Origin: Chiloscyllium plagiosum
Taxonomy: Eukaryota
NCBI RefSeq assembly: GCF_004010195.1
Contig: NC_057759.1
Coordinates: 2,969,269 to 3,033,268, forward strand
DNA length: 64,000 bases
Reading direction: 5' to 3'
In this document: positions 39,560 to 53,470 of the stretch, piece by piece
Position numbering within the stretch: position 1 is the stretch's first letter
Layout of the letters: every line of letters starts with the position of its first letter
Program-made: the position numbers and the translations under genes
The notes under the pieces: model-generated
Databases searched by the model: none
What the model was told of the DNA's origin: nothing
The model's input: the letters and a program-made list of their open reading frames with translations, nothing else

Positions 39560-40830
39560 GTTTCATAATGCTGAAACAAAGACATTTCGATAGCATCCTG
39601 CAACTTGGTCCAGTTTTGCCAGGAATGATGGGTGAACGGAATGTTGGTGTGAGTTCAGATGGCGGAGAGTTTTAGATGAACATTTGTTCTGCAGCTTTGT
39701 AACTGGCAGTGGGGTCAGCAGAGTCATCGACTCATTGGGCTGCATCTAATAATTTGTCTCAGTGACATTTTCATTGAGTTTGAATGAGTTTGAAAACACA
39801 GAGATCGTTTGCACGAGGCTGAGCTAGTTTCCTGGTGCTATCTTATCGAATTCACTGCATTAACGACTTAGCGAACCCATGGTGGCCCTGTCTTTCAACG
39901 CCAGCCCGATTTTCCCACCCATCATGGCTGGATGTACTCACCATCGCTCGGATGCCCCTGGATATTCCGTGATGCTTTGCACTGGTGCCATCTTTAAAAG
40001 GACAATGAGCACACTGTTTATCTTTCTCAGTTCAGAACAGGCCTGCACAGTTTACCTCGAGCATGGCAGATAAGGGACAATCGCACTACGATTTGTCGGA
40101 AGGGGCACAGAGGTCCTGGTGGATGTGCTAGTACAAAGAAGGACCATTTTCTTACCAGAGGCGGCATGGCCTGAGCTCCCCACCCAGCTCAGTATTGTAT
40201 CTGTGGTCTGAAGAAATACTGGACAAACATCAATAACATTTCTCGCTCTGCCAGGATAAGTGTCACCGTATTCTCTCTGCTCTCTCACCCTCACTGTATA
40301 TCTATTATAGCACTTATCTTTGAACAAGATCCACCTCTCTCACTTCAGCATGCAACACGTTCCCGCTCTCTCTCCCTCCTCTATACCTCCACAAAAATAG
40401 CACTGCATGGATAAAACACTGTGGACTGACTCAATCTGGACACATCACCATTCTCCTCTCCCCACCTACATAAGCACTATCATCAGGGTCACCCACTCCC
40501 ACCCTCATGCCCTCCCTCCTTTTCTCCCATTCCGGGAGAAACAGCCTGTAATAGAACAGAAAAGGCTAAGCCGGGCAGTGAAATGTCTGATATTTGTTCC
40601 CGCCTCCCCCCACCCCTATGCCGCTATTTGGGGAGAACCATGGCATGAGCTGGAGAGGACGGAGACGACTCGTGTGGAGAACCTGAAATATCCACGTCGC
40701 ACTAACAGAACAAGGAGCAATGTTCGGAGAAGGGTAATTCTCACTTTGAACTCAATGTCAGTGCCGTTTCCCCTTGGCACAACTTAAAAGCCGCAACCAT
40801 GATGCCATTTCCCGCTTGCGATAAGCTGGT
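39560..40830 (-). pseudogene. Possible relic TM plus small cytoplasmic exons of a type I membrane protein
   Basis: VRITLLRTLLLVLLVRRGYFRFSTR near 40670-40750, followed by three short AG..GT-bounded segments near 40157-40208, 40056-40127 and 39941-39991. Confidence 0.25.
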
Positions 40831-41459
40831 ACAAATTGAGTCGCCATGGTCTCAGTAGGCAGGAGGGTGGGCTCACAACACATCATCACCTCCACCTCCT
40901 GGGAAGGGAGCACAGAGGCACCCTCCTACACATCCTCCTGTAAACAGTTCAGATACTGAAACTAATCTGCAATATTTACTGCTCTCCTTGCTTGTCCTGG
41001 CATCATCAATGATCTGTGTTCATATGCACAGCGTCCTCTGCTCCTACATCCTTGATATAACAGTACATCCTGTTTATATTGTTTTCACTGTTCTTCCCAA
41101 TAAAGTGTATCACCTCACACTGTTCTGCATTGATCCTCATCTCCCTTATAACCGAACACTACATCAACTTGTTGCTGACTTGTTGGAGTTCCGCACTCTT
41201 TTCTGCACACTGTACAATTCATCCAGGTTTGGTATCTGCAAGCGTTGAAATCGTCATAGGGACACACTCCACAGAAATACTGACACACTTAGTAGAATGA
41301 GAAAGTAAAATCTTGACAGACTGTCCACAGAGCAACAGACATACTGACACATACCAGACAGAGCGAGTGAAATATTGACAAAATGATCAAGGAGCAAAAT
41401 AATTCCTGGCAGATTGCCCATGTCTGTATGAATGACAATATATTTGTGTGTTTTTAAAG

Positions 41460-43800
41460 CTTTTGTGAAGATCTGTAGTTCTAGAGCTGTCTGCTTACAT
41501 TGTTGGTCTATTCGCTGAGCTGGTCAGTTTGTTGGCAGACGTTTTGTCCCCTTTTTAGATGACACCATCGGTGCTCTGTTACCTCATGTAAAGCACTGTT
41601 GTACTGTTCCACTTTGAATTGATGTGGTTTTATTTGAGATGTTTCCGGATGGTGCCTGTTAGGGTTTTCAATTGCAGTGGTTTGTATATCTGGTCCAGGT
41701 CAGTGTGATTGTTGCTGCAGTTCAGGGAAAGGTATCGTGCTTCCCTTTTTGTTCTTTGCTTGGCCTGTCCAGGTATCATTGTCTAATCCAATTCAAACTC
41801 ACAGTTCTTGCTGTCTGTGTTTGTGTGGATAGCAGAGAGAGCTGGTCTTGCTGACTGGTTGCTGGTTGTAACTCATGGATAAGGTTCGCTGTTTATCTGC
41901 GTGTATGTCCTACTCAGTGCTCATTGTAGTCCCTGCATGGGGTTTTGCAAATTACATTCGTCCTGCACATAGTGGGTATCAGGAGTTTTATTCTAGTAAA
42001 CAACTGTCTGAGTGGCGGTCGGATTGTGTGCTGTGAAGATGGTCAGAACTGTCTGGCTAATTCCTACATGCTTTTAATGTATGGAAGAGCAGCCAATGTG
42101 TTATGGGGTGTCTTGTCTTCTTCATGTTGCTTCTCTGCTACACATCGACTGACGAAGTTGTTATCTGGTTTTAGCAAAGACTTTGTATTGGTGTTCTTCT
42201 TCCTCTCTTCACAGTTCAGGGGTGCTGCAGTGTGTCGCTTCTCTCTTGAACACGTTCAAATGCAGCTTCTCTTGTGAGTCTTTGGGTCGTTGATTATCAG
42301 TATCTGTGGTCTTTCTGTGCACGTTTGTTTGACATTCATCATTCCTTTGCGGCCATTGCACCTAGGAATGGGAGTTGGTTTTTCTTCTCCTCCTCTCTGG
42401 AAAATCTGATTCCAGTGAAAACGCTGTGGATCTTCTGCTATGTTTCTCGATCTCAGCTCTTTGATTATCACAAAAGAATCATCAAGTTTCCTGACCCATA
42501 GTTAGGGTTTGATCTGTGGGAGAGCTATCTGTTTGAGGCTTCTCATTACTGCTTCAGCTATGTGCCCCGAGATTGGTAAACCCGTAGGCGTCCAATTGAT
42601 TTTCTCATATACCTGGTAATGAAGATAAAGACATAGGTCAAGTAGTTTTAAATGGTATCTTTATTGTTGAGTTCATATTCGTTTTGTCCAAGAGCTTTGC
42701 TACATTTACTTTGGCTAAAGTTATGTCAATTGAAGTAAAACGTGCTGTATTATCAAGTGAGACCATGACCTCACCTTTGTCCATATTCAGGTTCCTGATG
42801 TTTTCCAGAAATTCATTTGATGAGTCTAGAGAGTGTGAGCTCCACCAATAGTGTGTTGAAGCCCAACGCAGTAGTTCCTTGGCTTGTCTGTGCGTGAGGG
42901 TTCTCAGTTGGGAAACAATGTGTCTGAGGGATGTGTTTGGTTTATATACTTTTGGGAGTCTGTGGAATTGTGGTGTGTTCGTATTTTCTGATTTCTAACT
43001 TTGTACATCCATCTTCGTTATGAGTCCGCTCCTCTGTAGATTCTGTCGTGTGTTAATCCTGTTAACTATGACTGGTGTCGGGTCTGACTCCCTCTGTTGG
43101 TAGGTGTTGGTATCCATGCGCAGTTTCCCTGCCTTACATATGTCATCTGCTCTGACCATTACCACTGTCATTCGGCCTTTGTCAATTGGTATTATTTCTA
43201 TGTTTGTGTCATCTCTTATTCCTTGGAGGGCTTTACTTTCATTTATATTCAAGGTGTTTGTTGATCTTATTCTTGTCAGTGCGGGTACTATAATTTAACT
43301 GATGGTCTGCTGTTAAATGTGTTTGTTTTCAGAGTGCTTTGCAGTGCTTCTCGGAAGTCGGTCTGTCTTGCGTCCTTGTGGTTGCAATTGAGTCCTCTCA
43401 CTAGTACATTTTTCCACTTGTCTGACTGTTGTCTTTTTGAATGTTTCTCACACAGTTGTATATTAGTTTATCTTATTTGCTGTGGGTTAGTGTGGCAAGG
43501 TTTTTTTGTAGTGCGGTTCTTTTGTAGTGTGGTTCTGTTCTGTCCAATGGTAATTGCCTGGTCGAACGGCACAGCCCACTGCTGATTGTTTAAACTTAAA
43601 ATTAACGACTTTTGACACGTAGTTTCTCGTCTGCATCTGTGAAGTCTGTTGTGTTAGGAAACTTGTATCATCCTGTAGCCATTCTGTTTGACTGTCTCTT
43701 CAGCTTGTAGATTGTGGATTGATAGTTTGCAATTGACACTGAGTGGTAATAGCTGGTTTCATAAGCAACAGCGAAGAAAGTGGAGATGTTCTTGCTTGCT
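41460..43800 (-). mobile_element. Penelope-like element, second family, decayed
   Basis: IIPIDKGRMTVVM, TPTGLPISGHIAEAVM (GTPMGSP-like) and eroded GIY-YIG near 41900-41960; same family as 63365-64000. Confidence 0.8.
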
Positions 43801-44069
43801 TCAGTGTATCTCACCACTAGCTCCTTAAAGTTACCAACAACGAATTCCTGCTCATATCTGTAAGTCTGTGTTAGCCTTTATCTATGCGTGTGACGCGTCT
43901 GACAATCTCCGTGGTGTTAAAAGTGATGCACCACCCCCACCCCCAAGCAACAGCTGGACTTCACATCCTGCTGCATCTAACATGTTTGGAGAGTATAGTA
44001 CATCAGGGATTCAGTCTGGGAGGGAGAGAGGGAGAGAAGCAGCTCACAGCGCCATCCAAACTGACAACA

Positions 44070-44198
44070 AACACACGCACACACAGACACACACACGCGC
44101 ACACACGCACACACACCCATAGACACGCACACATACTCACAGAACCACACACAGACACAAACCCACAGACACACACACACACACACACACACACACAT
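44070..44198. repeat. (CA)n microsatellite
   Basis: Direct inspection. Confidence 0.95.
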
Positions 44199-44959
44199 CT
44201 AATAAAGGGAGGATTGGAATTGCACAAAGGCGCCCGAGAACGGAAAACGTTCATGTGGAAAAATGCAGCTCTCTCTGCAATGTGGAAATGATTTGGTTTT
44301 GAACATCATTTGTGTCACAGAATGTAAAAAGAGTGTTTCCACTGCAACTTTATAAAAGCAGCCTGAATGGACGATTTGGTTAGGAGATAAAATGAATTGT
44401 ATTGAACGTTCATTAACTTGCAATATTTTACAATTTCTTTTTAAGTGAGAAAGGATTGAAAAATCAGGAAATAGACACGACAGTGGTGAGTAAATTCTCA
44501 GCAGCAACATCACTAGGTCTTGGGCGAAAATGCTCTGTGCATCCAAAGGCATTCTTTGATGCATTTTCAAAAAACTAAAACCTGCCTGTTGTGCAGTGCT
44601 ACATACAAGCGAGCAGAGAGAGATATTGTACGATTCAAACACAACAGGGAGAGACGGGGCGTCAAGCGGGGATAGGCTTTGATCACAAATTCAATGGATT
44701 TACTCGAAAAATGACACAGACCTCATTGCATAAATATGCTGGCAAAGATACCCAGATACACAGACAAATACACCAATAGACACAACACATACATAAAGAA
44801 ATGCACACCGGTCTGGACACTAACACACAGACATGCCCACTCTGTCCGCTTTTCTGTTTTTTTTTCCATCTTCCCCCTACTTTCTTAAAATTACCTGATA
44901 AAGAGATGTCGTTGTGGGAAGCAGCTTCGATGGGGATTTGAGCAGTGTCTTCAGAAGCA

Positions 44960-45215
44960 GCGTGACTACAGCGAAGGCAGGCTTGTGAAGGCTGGAGTGG
45001 GCCCATGGATGCGACATGGCTTGGGCTGATTTAGCACGGAGTGGACCGCTGGCTGCAGCATGGCGTGGGTTGGTATAGGCTGCAGTAGGCAACTGCAGTG
45101 GCATAGCGTGGGTTGGCGTAGCCTGGCTTGGGCCCCAGGCAGTGGCATTGCATGGGTTAACGTACTCGAAGTGAGACAGTGGTGATGGCATGGCGTAGGC
45201 TGGTGTAGCCTGGAG
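44960..45215. repeat. Degenerate GC-rich tandem repeat (gcatggcgtgggttggcgtaggctg)
   Basis: Recurrent unit; gives the HAM/TPT repeats in ORF 44877-45251. Confidence 0.6.
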
Positions 45216-46890
45216 TGAGAATGTAGCAGCAGAGAAGGAAAAGTTGGACACTCTTTAAGTTTGTTGTATAAATTCTGAGTAAATGTAAATGCCGCCTGTG
45301 CATGGCAACCGTATGCACTTTTCACTGTATTTAATATTGAATACACGTGATAATAAACAATCAAATACAAAACAAAACACGCAAACTGAAACACATAGCA
45401 CACCCATACACCGAGAGAGAGAGCAGTGCCTTTATGGCAGAAATCGGTAAGTATTTCATTCATAGAGGCATCAGTAGTCAGTTGGAAAAAGCTGGAATGG
45501 CTTTTAGAATTATTTCAGCCCTGGTCAAACAGCACAGTACTCGTCATGTGCCAGTGGACTAATTCAGAACCAATTTCTTATGCTCTTATGACTTTGTTCA
45601 GTGAAGGCTGAATTTGGTATTTGATTGAAGAGTGGACATGTTTGAGGGGCTGAGTGATATCTATCTGGTCCTAATTGTGTTGTCATTTGAAAAGCGTGGT
45701 GAGGGGAACACGTTTTGAGAATAAGGCATACCTATTTCAGACTGAGAAGATGTGCCTTCATCTTTAGCATTGTGCGATCTGTGGTGTTCTCATTTTGAAG
45801 ATGCATTCAGGACTGGGTTAAAATAACATTCAAGGTTGGGTTCCAGAGAGCTCTTTTTTGCTCTTCGGATCCCCCTATTAAGTGCACTCCTACACGTTTT
45901 ATAGTCATCTAGGGATTCAGTTGAACAGTTCCACCTGCCAGCGATAGACGCATGGCCATCTAAATCCTTCTTATTCAGATACACACCCAGATGTCTCTTA
46001 AGTATTACAATTATACTCACCTGTACCAATTCCACTGGCAGCTCGTTTCATACATGCATGAAAAGGTTTCACCTCAAATCTTTGTTTTAAAACTTTACTC
46101 TTACTTGAAATCAATCCCTTCTAGTTCTGGACTGCTCCAGCCTAGGAAAATAACTTTGGCTGTTGACAGTGTCCTTGCCCCTCAGGGCCTCTTCAGACCT
46201 GAGGATGAGAGATGTCGGTATTGAACCATATAACATCTGAGAAGAGTACATCGGGGGCGTAGGTGACGGATGGGAGGCTAAAACGAAGTCAATGCATTCA
46301 TTTTAACTCAGATATTATAAACGCATGCATTTGTTGTACAGAAACTGTGCAGGCACATCCAAACGTGCCTTCAAATGATAAATTATAAATAATTTGTTAC
46401 GTGAAGCAGAGAACAGGGATATAATCATATCATCTAAAGAATGTTCAAGGAGACCTCACATAGTCCAGTTTGGTGGTCGGATAACATTCTTGGAAATTTT
46501 ACCTGAGAGAAGGAAAAACTTCGCATGTGTAAGAATCGACGGTCTATTGCTCTCTCCTTTCTTGTTTCTCTACGTAACAATATATGAGAGCTGCGGGATC
46601 CTTTCAAGAATAGAAAGAGGTTTGAAAAACTTTGTTCTCCCTTAATATCAGGGATGTGGCTCAGAGAACCATGGAATTTACAGTACAGAAGGATCCATCT
46701 TGTCTATGCCTCCTGATTAAGCTACCCAAAAAGCTGAATCATCTAGCTGTATCTCCGTAGCTTTTAAATTTATCACTCATCTGGTGCAGCGCCTTAACAC
46801 CCTTCAATACAATCATTTTTCCGAATACTTCCGCTTTAATAGTTATGCAGTTTAGCAATTTCTGCCGTTCCCCCAGTTCTCTTGTTTCAG

Positions 46891-47215
46891 GAAGGTTTTC
46901 TGTTCCATCCTGTATGTAGACACAATCAATGCATTCACCTCACTGGGCAGAGGGGGCCTCTGTCACCTCGTGATACATCAGAGATCGAAACTCTGACACA
47001 TGATTGATGTGTCACCCCATTCGGCCTGGAAAGTTCCAGAATCAAACAGGATTTTTTCGTATCAAGAGTGAGCCTCCAGGTTATGCTGAAGGAGGTGGCA
47101 CAGCTCGGTGAGTTTCTCATTGTTCAACCAGACTGTCTTTACATTTTACACTTGGAATAAATGCAACGTTTCAAATCCCAGAGAGGACACTGCCGTGCCC
47201 CGCTCCTCTCTGCTT
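46891..47215 (+). pseudogene. Decayed antigen-receptor-like V exon (IgL-sigma/TCR-gamma-like features)
   Basis: Acceptor cttgtttcag|GA, phase 1. M*TQS..AEGASVTS*Y..LMCHPIRPGK..GFF..PGYAEGGGTAR*..FTLGI, then after a frameshift EDTAV (47183-47197). Framework order LTQS / GxSVTLxC / WYxxxPGK / EDTAVYYC is preserved. Confidence 0.62.
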
Positions 47216-47293
47216 ACACAGCTTCCATTCTATCTAGTTTCTGCTCCATGTTTGAAGCCATGAAGTAGACCCAGATATATTGTAAATGCCGTG

Positions 47294-47340
47294 CCTATAC
47301 TTCTTCCAGAGTGGGTTCACCAGACCCTGTGGTCTCCCTG
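47294..47340 (+). pseudogene. Possible decayed J-like segment
   Basis: TAC TTC TTC CAG AGT GGG TTC ACC AGA ..GTG GTC resembles F-G-x-G-T-R-L-x-V, about 80 nt after the V end. Confidence 0.3.
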
Positions 47341-48358
47341 AATGAATGCAGCAGCAAACAACACAAACACAAGAAAGCCATCCACAGCATCCCCACTGGA
47401 TTACAATGACAGGAGAAAGTCAAATCCGTGTATACATGGCACACCTACTCAGTGTTGAAAATGACTGCCTATTCTATTTCTTTTCCTGGCTCCTAAACTG
47501 TTCCATCTCCACACAGTTCCAGTGACTTGAAATATAACAGTTCTCAATAGATTTATTTGACAATGCAACTGCACAATTTTCTGCACCTCAGTCACGCTAA
47601 CAGCAACATTACTGTTGCCAGTGGAGACGGTTGAATTAGGTATAGAAGCAATTGTCTATCAGTATGATCTCTAAAACATTAATTTATAGAACTATGTAAT
47701 GGCTCAGAGTCTGGATTCAAAACCGGCCACGGCACATGGTGGAATTCCAACAAATAAAGGGAACTTGAATTCTCAATTCTTCTTCAGCCAATAATATCTG
47801 GAGAACAGGAAGGATCTCAAGGTTTATTTGTAATATTCATAAATCTTGACAATGCGAATGGGGGGTGTTGGAGGGTAGGGTAGTTATGTTTGTGGATGAC
47901 ACAACAACTAGCTGGGTAGTTCACAGTGAGGAGGAATGTGTGAGGTTACCGGAGGATATGAACGGGTTGTTCAGATAGCCAGATCAATATGCAATGATAC
48001 TTAACACTGATAAATGTGAAGACAGGCTGGATTTGCACGCACTTTTCTGTGGAGCAGGGAAGATTGGCGCAGGATGCTGAGGGAGGTGCATTAGAGCAAT
48101 TAAGGTCTGGGCAGGGTGAACAGATAGCTAATGTTCCCCTTCAGCGAAGAGTCAAAAATAAGGGACACGCTTTTAAAGTAAGAGATGATAAATGATTTTT
48201 AGAAATGGTTTTGAACCCTGAGAGTGGTATGTGTCTGGAATGCACTACCTAAGAGGGAGTTTGAGACAGGTAACCTCACAAACTTTATCAACCACCTAGA
48301 TCAACACTATGTGATGCAGATTCCATCGACCTCTTCTTTATTATATGTTTCTATGTAG

Positions 48359-48600
48359 TACCAACCATGAAAGTTCTGATATGCCATGAAGCACTAAACA
48401 GTGGCTTCCGTTCTATTCCCTCAGCTGCGTTAATTAAATGGTTATACTGCAAATCAGCATCACTGCATGGAGTATCAGCACTTACTCAATCAAGGACAGT
48501 CCAGCATTTCTGAAAACATCCATGATCATTCACGTGCACAGTGCCAGAATCATCCAACAGTAGCAGCAACATTATTCTCGTATTGCTTCGATGACACCAA
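48359..48600 (+). pseudogene. Decayed C1-set Ig constant domain exon
   Basis: Acceptor ttctatgtag|TA, phase 1. PTMKVLI..EALNSG / LSCV / NGY / ISITAW / STYSI / SFTCTV occur in C1-set order across frameshifts, with an internal deletion. Confidence 0.58.
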
Positions 48601-48799
48601 CAATATTGTGGTTTTCCCTTCATTGTAATAAATATTCCAAGCTGGGATTTTAATTTTCCTACCAAAGACTGGCAGTGCCAGAGAGTTAAGGGTTTCAGAT
48701 CGGGTGAAATATGTTAAATGCTTTCAGTCAATTTAGCTCAAGTAACATATAGAGGATCCAAAGTGGGAAGGGGCTAAACTCAATCTACGCTTGGGGAAT

Positions 48800-51200
48800 A
48801 GAGCAGGACACATGACGGAGGTAACATTGGGTAGCACTTTGTGACCAGTGACCACAGTTCCAGTAATTGTAAAATAGTTCAGCTCTGCAACCTGTCTATG
48901 TGTCTCTGTAAACTGCAATATCCTTCAGCACTATCCACAACTCCACTGACCTTACTGTTATCTGCAAATTTACTTTCCACTCCATCTATGCCCTCATCCA
49001 GGTCATTTATAAAAATAACAACCAACAATGGCCCCAAAACAGATCTTTGCGGTTTATCACTAGTAACTGAACTCCAGGATGAAAATTTCCCATCAACCAC
49101 CACACTCGGTCTACGTTCAGCCAGCCAATATCTGATCCAAAATGCTAAATCAATCTCAATCCCTTTCCTCCGTAGTTTGAACCGTGGGGAACATTTACAA
49201 AGACCTTACTGAAATCTATATGCACAGCATCAACCGCTTTACCTCCATCCACCTTTTTGGTCACCTTCTCAAATAATTTAATAAGGTTTGAGAGGCACAA
49301 AACTATCCTTCACAAAAGCATGTTGACTATCCTGAGTCAACTTATTCATCTCTAATTGATAATAAATCCTCTGTCTTATAACCTTTTCCAACATTTTACC
49401 CTCAACCGAAGTAAGGCCCACTGGTCTATAATTACTAGGGTTGTTTCTACTTCCCTTCTTAAACAAGGGGACAACATTTCCTATATTCCAGTCTTCTGGC
49501 ACTATTCTTGTAGAAAATGATAACACAGAAATCAAAGCCAAAGCCTATGCAATCTCTTTACTGGCTTCCCAGAGAATCCTAGGATAAATGCCACCCGGCC
49601 CAGGGCACTTATCTGTTTTCACACATTCAAAACCTGCTAATACCTCCTCTTTGTGAACATCGATCCTGTTTAGTCCAGTAGACTGTATCTAATTATTCTC
49701 CTCGCAAACATTATCTTACAGGTGTGAATACTGACGAAAAATATTCATTTTGCATTTCCCTATCTCCTCAGACTCCACGCACAACTTCGCACCACTGTCC
49801 TCGATTGGCCCTAAACTTTCTCTCATCATTCTTCGATTCCTGAAATACTTAAAGAAAGCTTTAGATTTTCCTAGATCCTATCTGCCAACCATATTCTCCT
49901 CCTGGCTTTTCTTAGCTCTTTCTTTAGGTTCAAAGTTTAGGTGAATAACACGAGGCTTTCTTTAGGTCTTTCCTGGCTAGCTTGTAACTTTCAAATGCCC
50001 GAATTGAGCCTTAACGTCTCATTCGAACATAAGCCTCCTTTTTCCTCTTGATAAGAGATTCAACTTCTTTAGTAAACCACCGCTCTCTCGCTCAACCATT
50101 TCCTCCCTGCCTGACAGGTACGTACTTACCAAGAACACGAGGTAGCTGTTCCTTGACTCAACTCTACATTTGAAGTGTGCCCATCCACTATCCCCTTCCT
50201 ATTCACGTGAGAAAAAGAACAGGAAATAACATCAACACAGCAAATGACATCACCACAAGAAATGACATCACCAACCCCAGGAAACCTAAACACATAAACA
50301 GAAAGCGGGTCATGAACCCCAGTGCTTCACTGGAGGCTCTCTGATTATGTTACTGAGTATGGTGACACCATGTCTGACAACGAACCTTCCAGCTCAGTGA
50401 GCAAACGTGCAACCAGAACCTTAATGTGCGCTACACATTTTCTCAAAATTCGATAACCGAATTGTGGTCACCATCACAAAAGCGCTCACCTATCTCCAAA
50501 TCTAACACCTGACCAGGTTCATTACCAAATCCAATGTGGCCTCACCCCTTGTTAGCCTGTCTACGTACTGTGTCAGGAAACCATCAGATGCATATTGGAC
50601 AAAAACTGACACATCCAAACTACTCGAACTATCGCATTTCCAGTCAATATTTGGGAAGTTAAAGACCCCATTAAAAACATTACCCTATTACTCTAGCTCC
50701 TATACAGAATCTTTTTTTGCTATACTTTCCTCTACATCTCTGGAGCTATTCGGAGGATGATAGAAAGCTCTCAACAGGGTAACCTTTCCTTTCCTGTTTC
50801 TAACTTCAGCCCATACTACCTCATTAGACGAATCCTCAAATGTCCTTTCTGCCAGCGTAATACTGCCCGTGACTAATAGTGACCTTCCTCCCCCTCTTTT
50901 ACCATCTTCTCTCTTCTTACTGAGACATCTAAATCACAGGAACTGCAACAACCATTCCTGTCCCTGCGCTATCCATGTCTCCAAAATTGCCACAACATTT
51001 AATTACCAGGTACCAACCCATGTTGGAAGTTCACCCACCTTATTCCACATGCTCCTGGCGTAGACACACTTCGAACCACACTCCTGCCTGCCAGTGAACT
51101 CATACACAGATCTGGAAACCTTATTTCTGACCTCACTACTATTAACCTCCTGGACACTGGAACTACAGTTTGGTTTCCAATTCCCCTGCTGAATTAATAG
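48800..51200 (-). mobile_element. CR1 LINE ORF2 fragment with a nested short Penelope-end piece (~50210-50455)
   Basis: VPEDWNIGNVVPLFKKGSRNNPSNYRPVGLTS, PQRSVLGPLL..SKFADNSK, NARSMWNKV-like start. Confidence 0.88.
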
Positions 51201-52149
51201 GCCATGTAGCACCAGTACCTTGTTACACAGTAACATTATCAGTCTGATCAGCTTCCTTAAGCAAGTAACACAGGAAATGGGAGATTCACTGCAGTGGGGT
51301 ATACTGGAATAACACGAGGCTATTTAGCACCTCACGTTTGCCTTTCCATTCAGTAAAATCAGAGCTCATCTGCTTGACACCTCAAGTTCTCTTTCATGCC
51401 TAATTCCTTGCAGCCCTCAACTCTCTAATGTGTCAAAATGCATTTACACAACGCTCCCCCCAAATATTTCGGTGATGTAGTTCGACTAATTATCTGGGAT
51501 TAGAGTCCTACCAGTCACTACACTCTGAGAGAGGGAAGCACTCCCAACACATATGCCTTGAACTGTTGACATGAACAAATGCTATGAACACAGCATAAAA
51601 GTGACTGACCCTGATATCATGACGGTACTTGACTGAGCAAAGTGTCATGAAGTCTGAACGAAATTGATATTAATGAGACTCAGTTATAAACTTCCAACTA
51701 GTTAGGTAATCCAGGACACAATGTGATTGCTGGATATCAATCATCTCAGTCCATGGATATCTCTGTGGGCGATCCTCAGAGCAGCTTCCTCGGCACAAAC
51801 ATCTTCAGCTGTTTAATCAATACATTTCCCTCCATCATGTGAACAGAAGTGGAAATGTTCAGTGAAGATAGCACAATGTTCAGAATAATTTATCACCCAT
51901 TCAGAAGCTAAAGTATCAAAACCTGGACAACATTCAAGCTTGTGTTTTTAACGTGTAGGTAACATTCATGTAACAGCATTGCCAGATAGTGCACACTTCT
52001 AGGGTAAGAAAAGAAGAGCTCAGTCAGCATCTCAAACTGGTTTCACAAGAATATGAGAAAGCCATTAAGCCAAACGAGCTTATTGGATAAGAGGAGGCAC
52101 AGCCCATGCACTCTTTCCTGCCTGTTACACAGGAAGAGATAAAATTAAA

Positions 52150-53470
52150 CTGGAAATGTTGGAATTCAAAGTCGACAAACAGGAGGCTGGGAGAACACAC
52201 CAAGCCGAGAAGCATCAGGAGATTAGAAGTTAACAGCTTGTTTATAACCCTTCTTCAGTTCTGGAAGTGGGGGTGAAGGGAGCTGCAGATAACGAGGTAT
52301 AGGGAAGGGTGGAGCGGGGTGGTGAGGTGGGGGTAGGTGAACACAGATAAAGGGTACGACGTTTTTGGTTGATGGGAGGAATGAATCTGGTTGGTAGCTG
52401 GAAGAAAGAGTCTTTCTGAGGAATGGAAGGGAGGAGGGAGGGCAAAGGAAGGGAGGTTGTTTGAAAGTGGAGAATTCAATATTGAGTCGTTCTGACTGTA
52501 GGGTGCCCAGGCGGAAGATTGGGTGTTATTCATCCAATGTGCAGATTGAGTCGTTGTGGAGGCCAAGGGTGATCATGCCGGAAGGAGAGTGGGAAGGGGA
52601 ATTAAAATGGATGGTAATTGGAAGGTCCTGTCGGCCCCTGAGGATCTGGCTGCAAAGCTCAGTGAACCATTCACTAAGTTTACGTTCCATCTCCCTGATG
52701 TACAGAAAACCACATCAGGAGAATCAGATTCAGAAAACTATTTTGGATCCCACCACCTGTTACATCTTCCACGAGAACCATTCCCTTCGCCAGTCCTTGG
52801 TTTGTACCACAATCTCCTCCAGTTCCCCCAGGTACCTTGCACTGCCATCAGAAAAGATGCAGCACCTGCCGGTACATCACCCCCCTAAATTCCATCCAGG
52901 GCCTTAAACCTGCTTCCAGGTGAAACAGAAGTTCAGCTGCATCTCCTCAAAACTTGCTTACTGCATTCTGTGCTCCCAAGGTGGTCACAAGCCACATTGG
53001 GGTGATCGAATGTAAACTAAGTGCACGTTTTGCTGAGCATCGCAGATGGGCCCCTAGGGCCTGACTGAACCTCCACCAAGTGCCCATTTCATTTCACCCT
53101 CCCACTCTGTCTCTGACATGTCCTTTATTGATATAGTGAGACAGTCTGCAAGGTAGAGGAACAGCATCTTATCTTCTGACTGGGCAACCTACAGCACAGA
53201 GGACTCACCAGTGAGTTTTTCAGTTTGAAATAACCTGCCCAGCCATGCTCTAAATCCTTTTCCGTTCCCACCTCCTCTCTTCCATTCCACCAGATTCATT
53301 CATCCCATCGACCAACCTAGTTTTGCCCACCACTTGTGACCGCCTTGCCCGACTGCATCATTTTGCTGATCTCTGAACTATCCCTCTTCTCTCTTTATCT
53401 GAAGAATGATTATACCTGAAACATTGACTTCTCCATCTCCTGATGCTACCTGACTTCCAGCCTCCTGCTT
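52150..53470. mobile_element. Inverted pair of Penelope 3' fragments (minus ~52150-52740, plus ~52740-53470)
   Basis: Both arms carry GIY-YIG remnants and the same terminal repeat in opposite orientation. Confidence 0.7.

Noticed and set aside
43868..44291. HT/CV-rich ORFs
   Set aside because: Translations of the (CA)n microsatellite.
47216..47293. Functional 12/23 RSS pair between V and J
   Set aside because: Heptamer-like sites exist (CACAGCT, TGCCGTG) but no ACAAAAACC-like nonamer at either spacing.
46935..47340. Minus-strand Ig-like reading (WLNNEKL..DSGTFQ)
   Set aside because: The plus-strand reading gives more V-set motifs in the correct order with a proper acceptor; the minus-strand match is probably chance.
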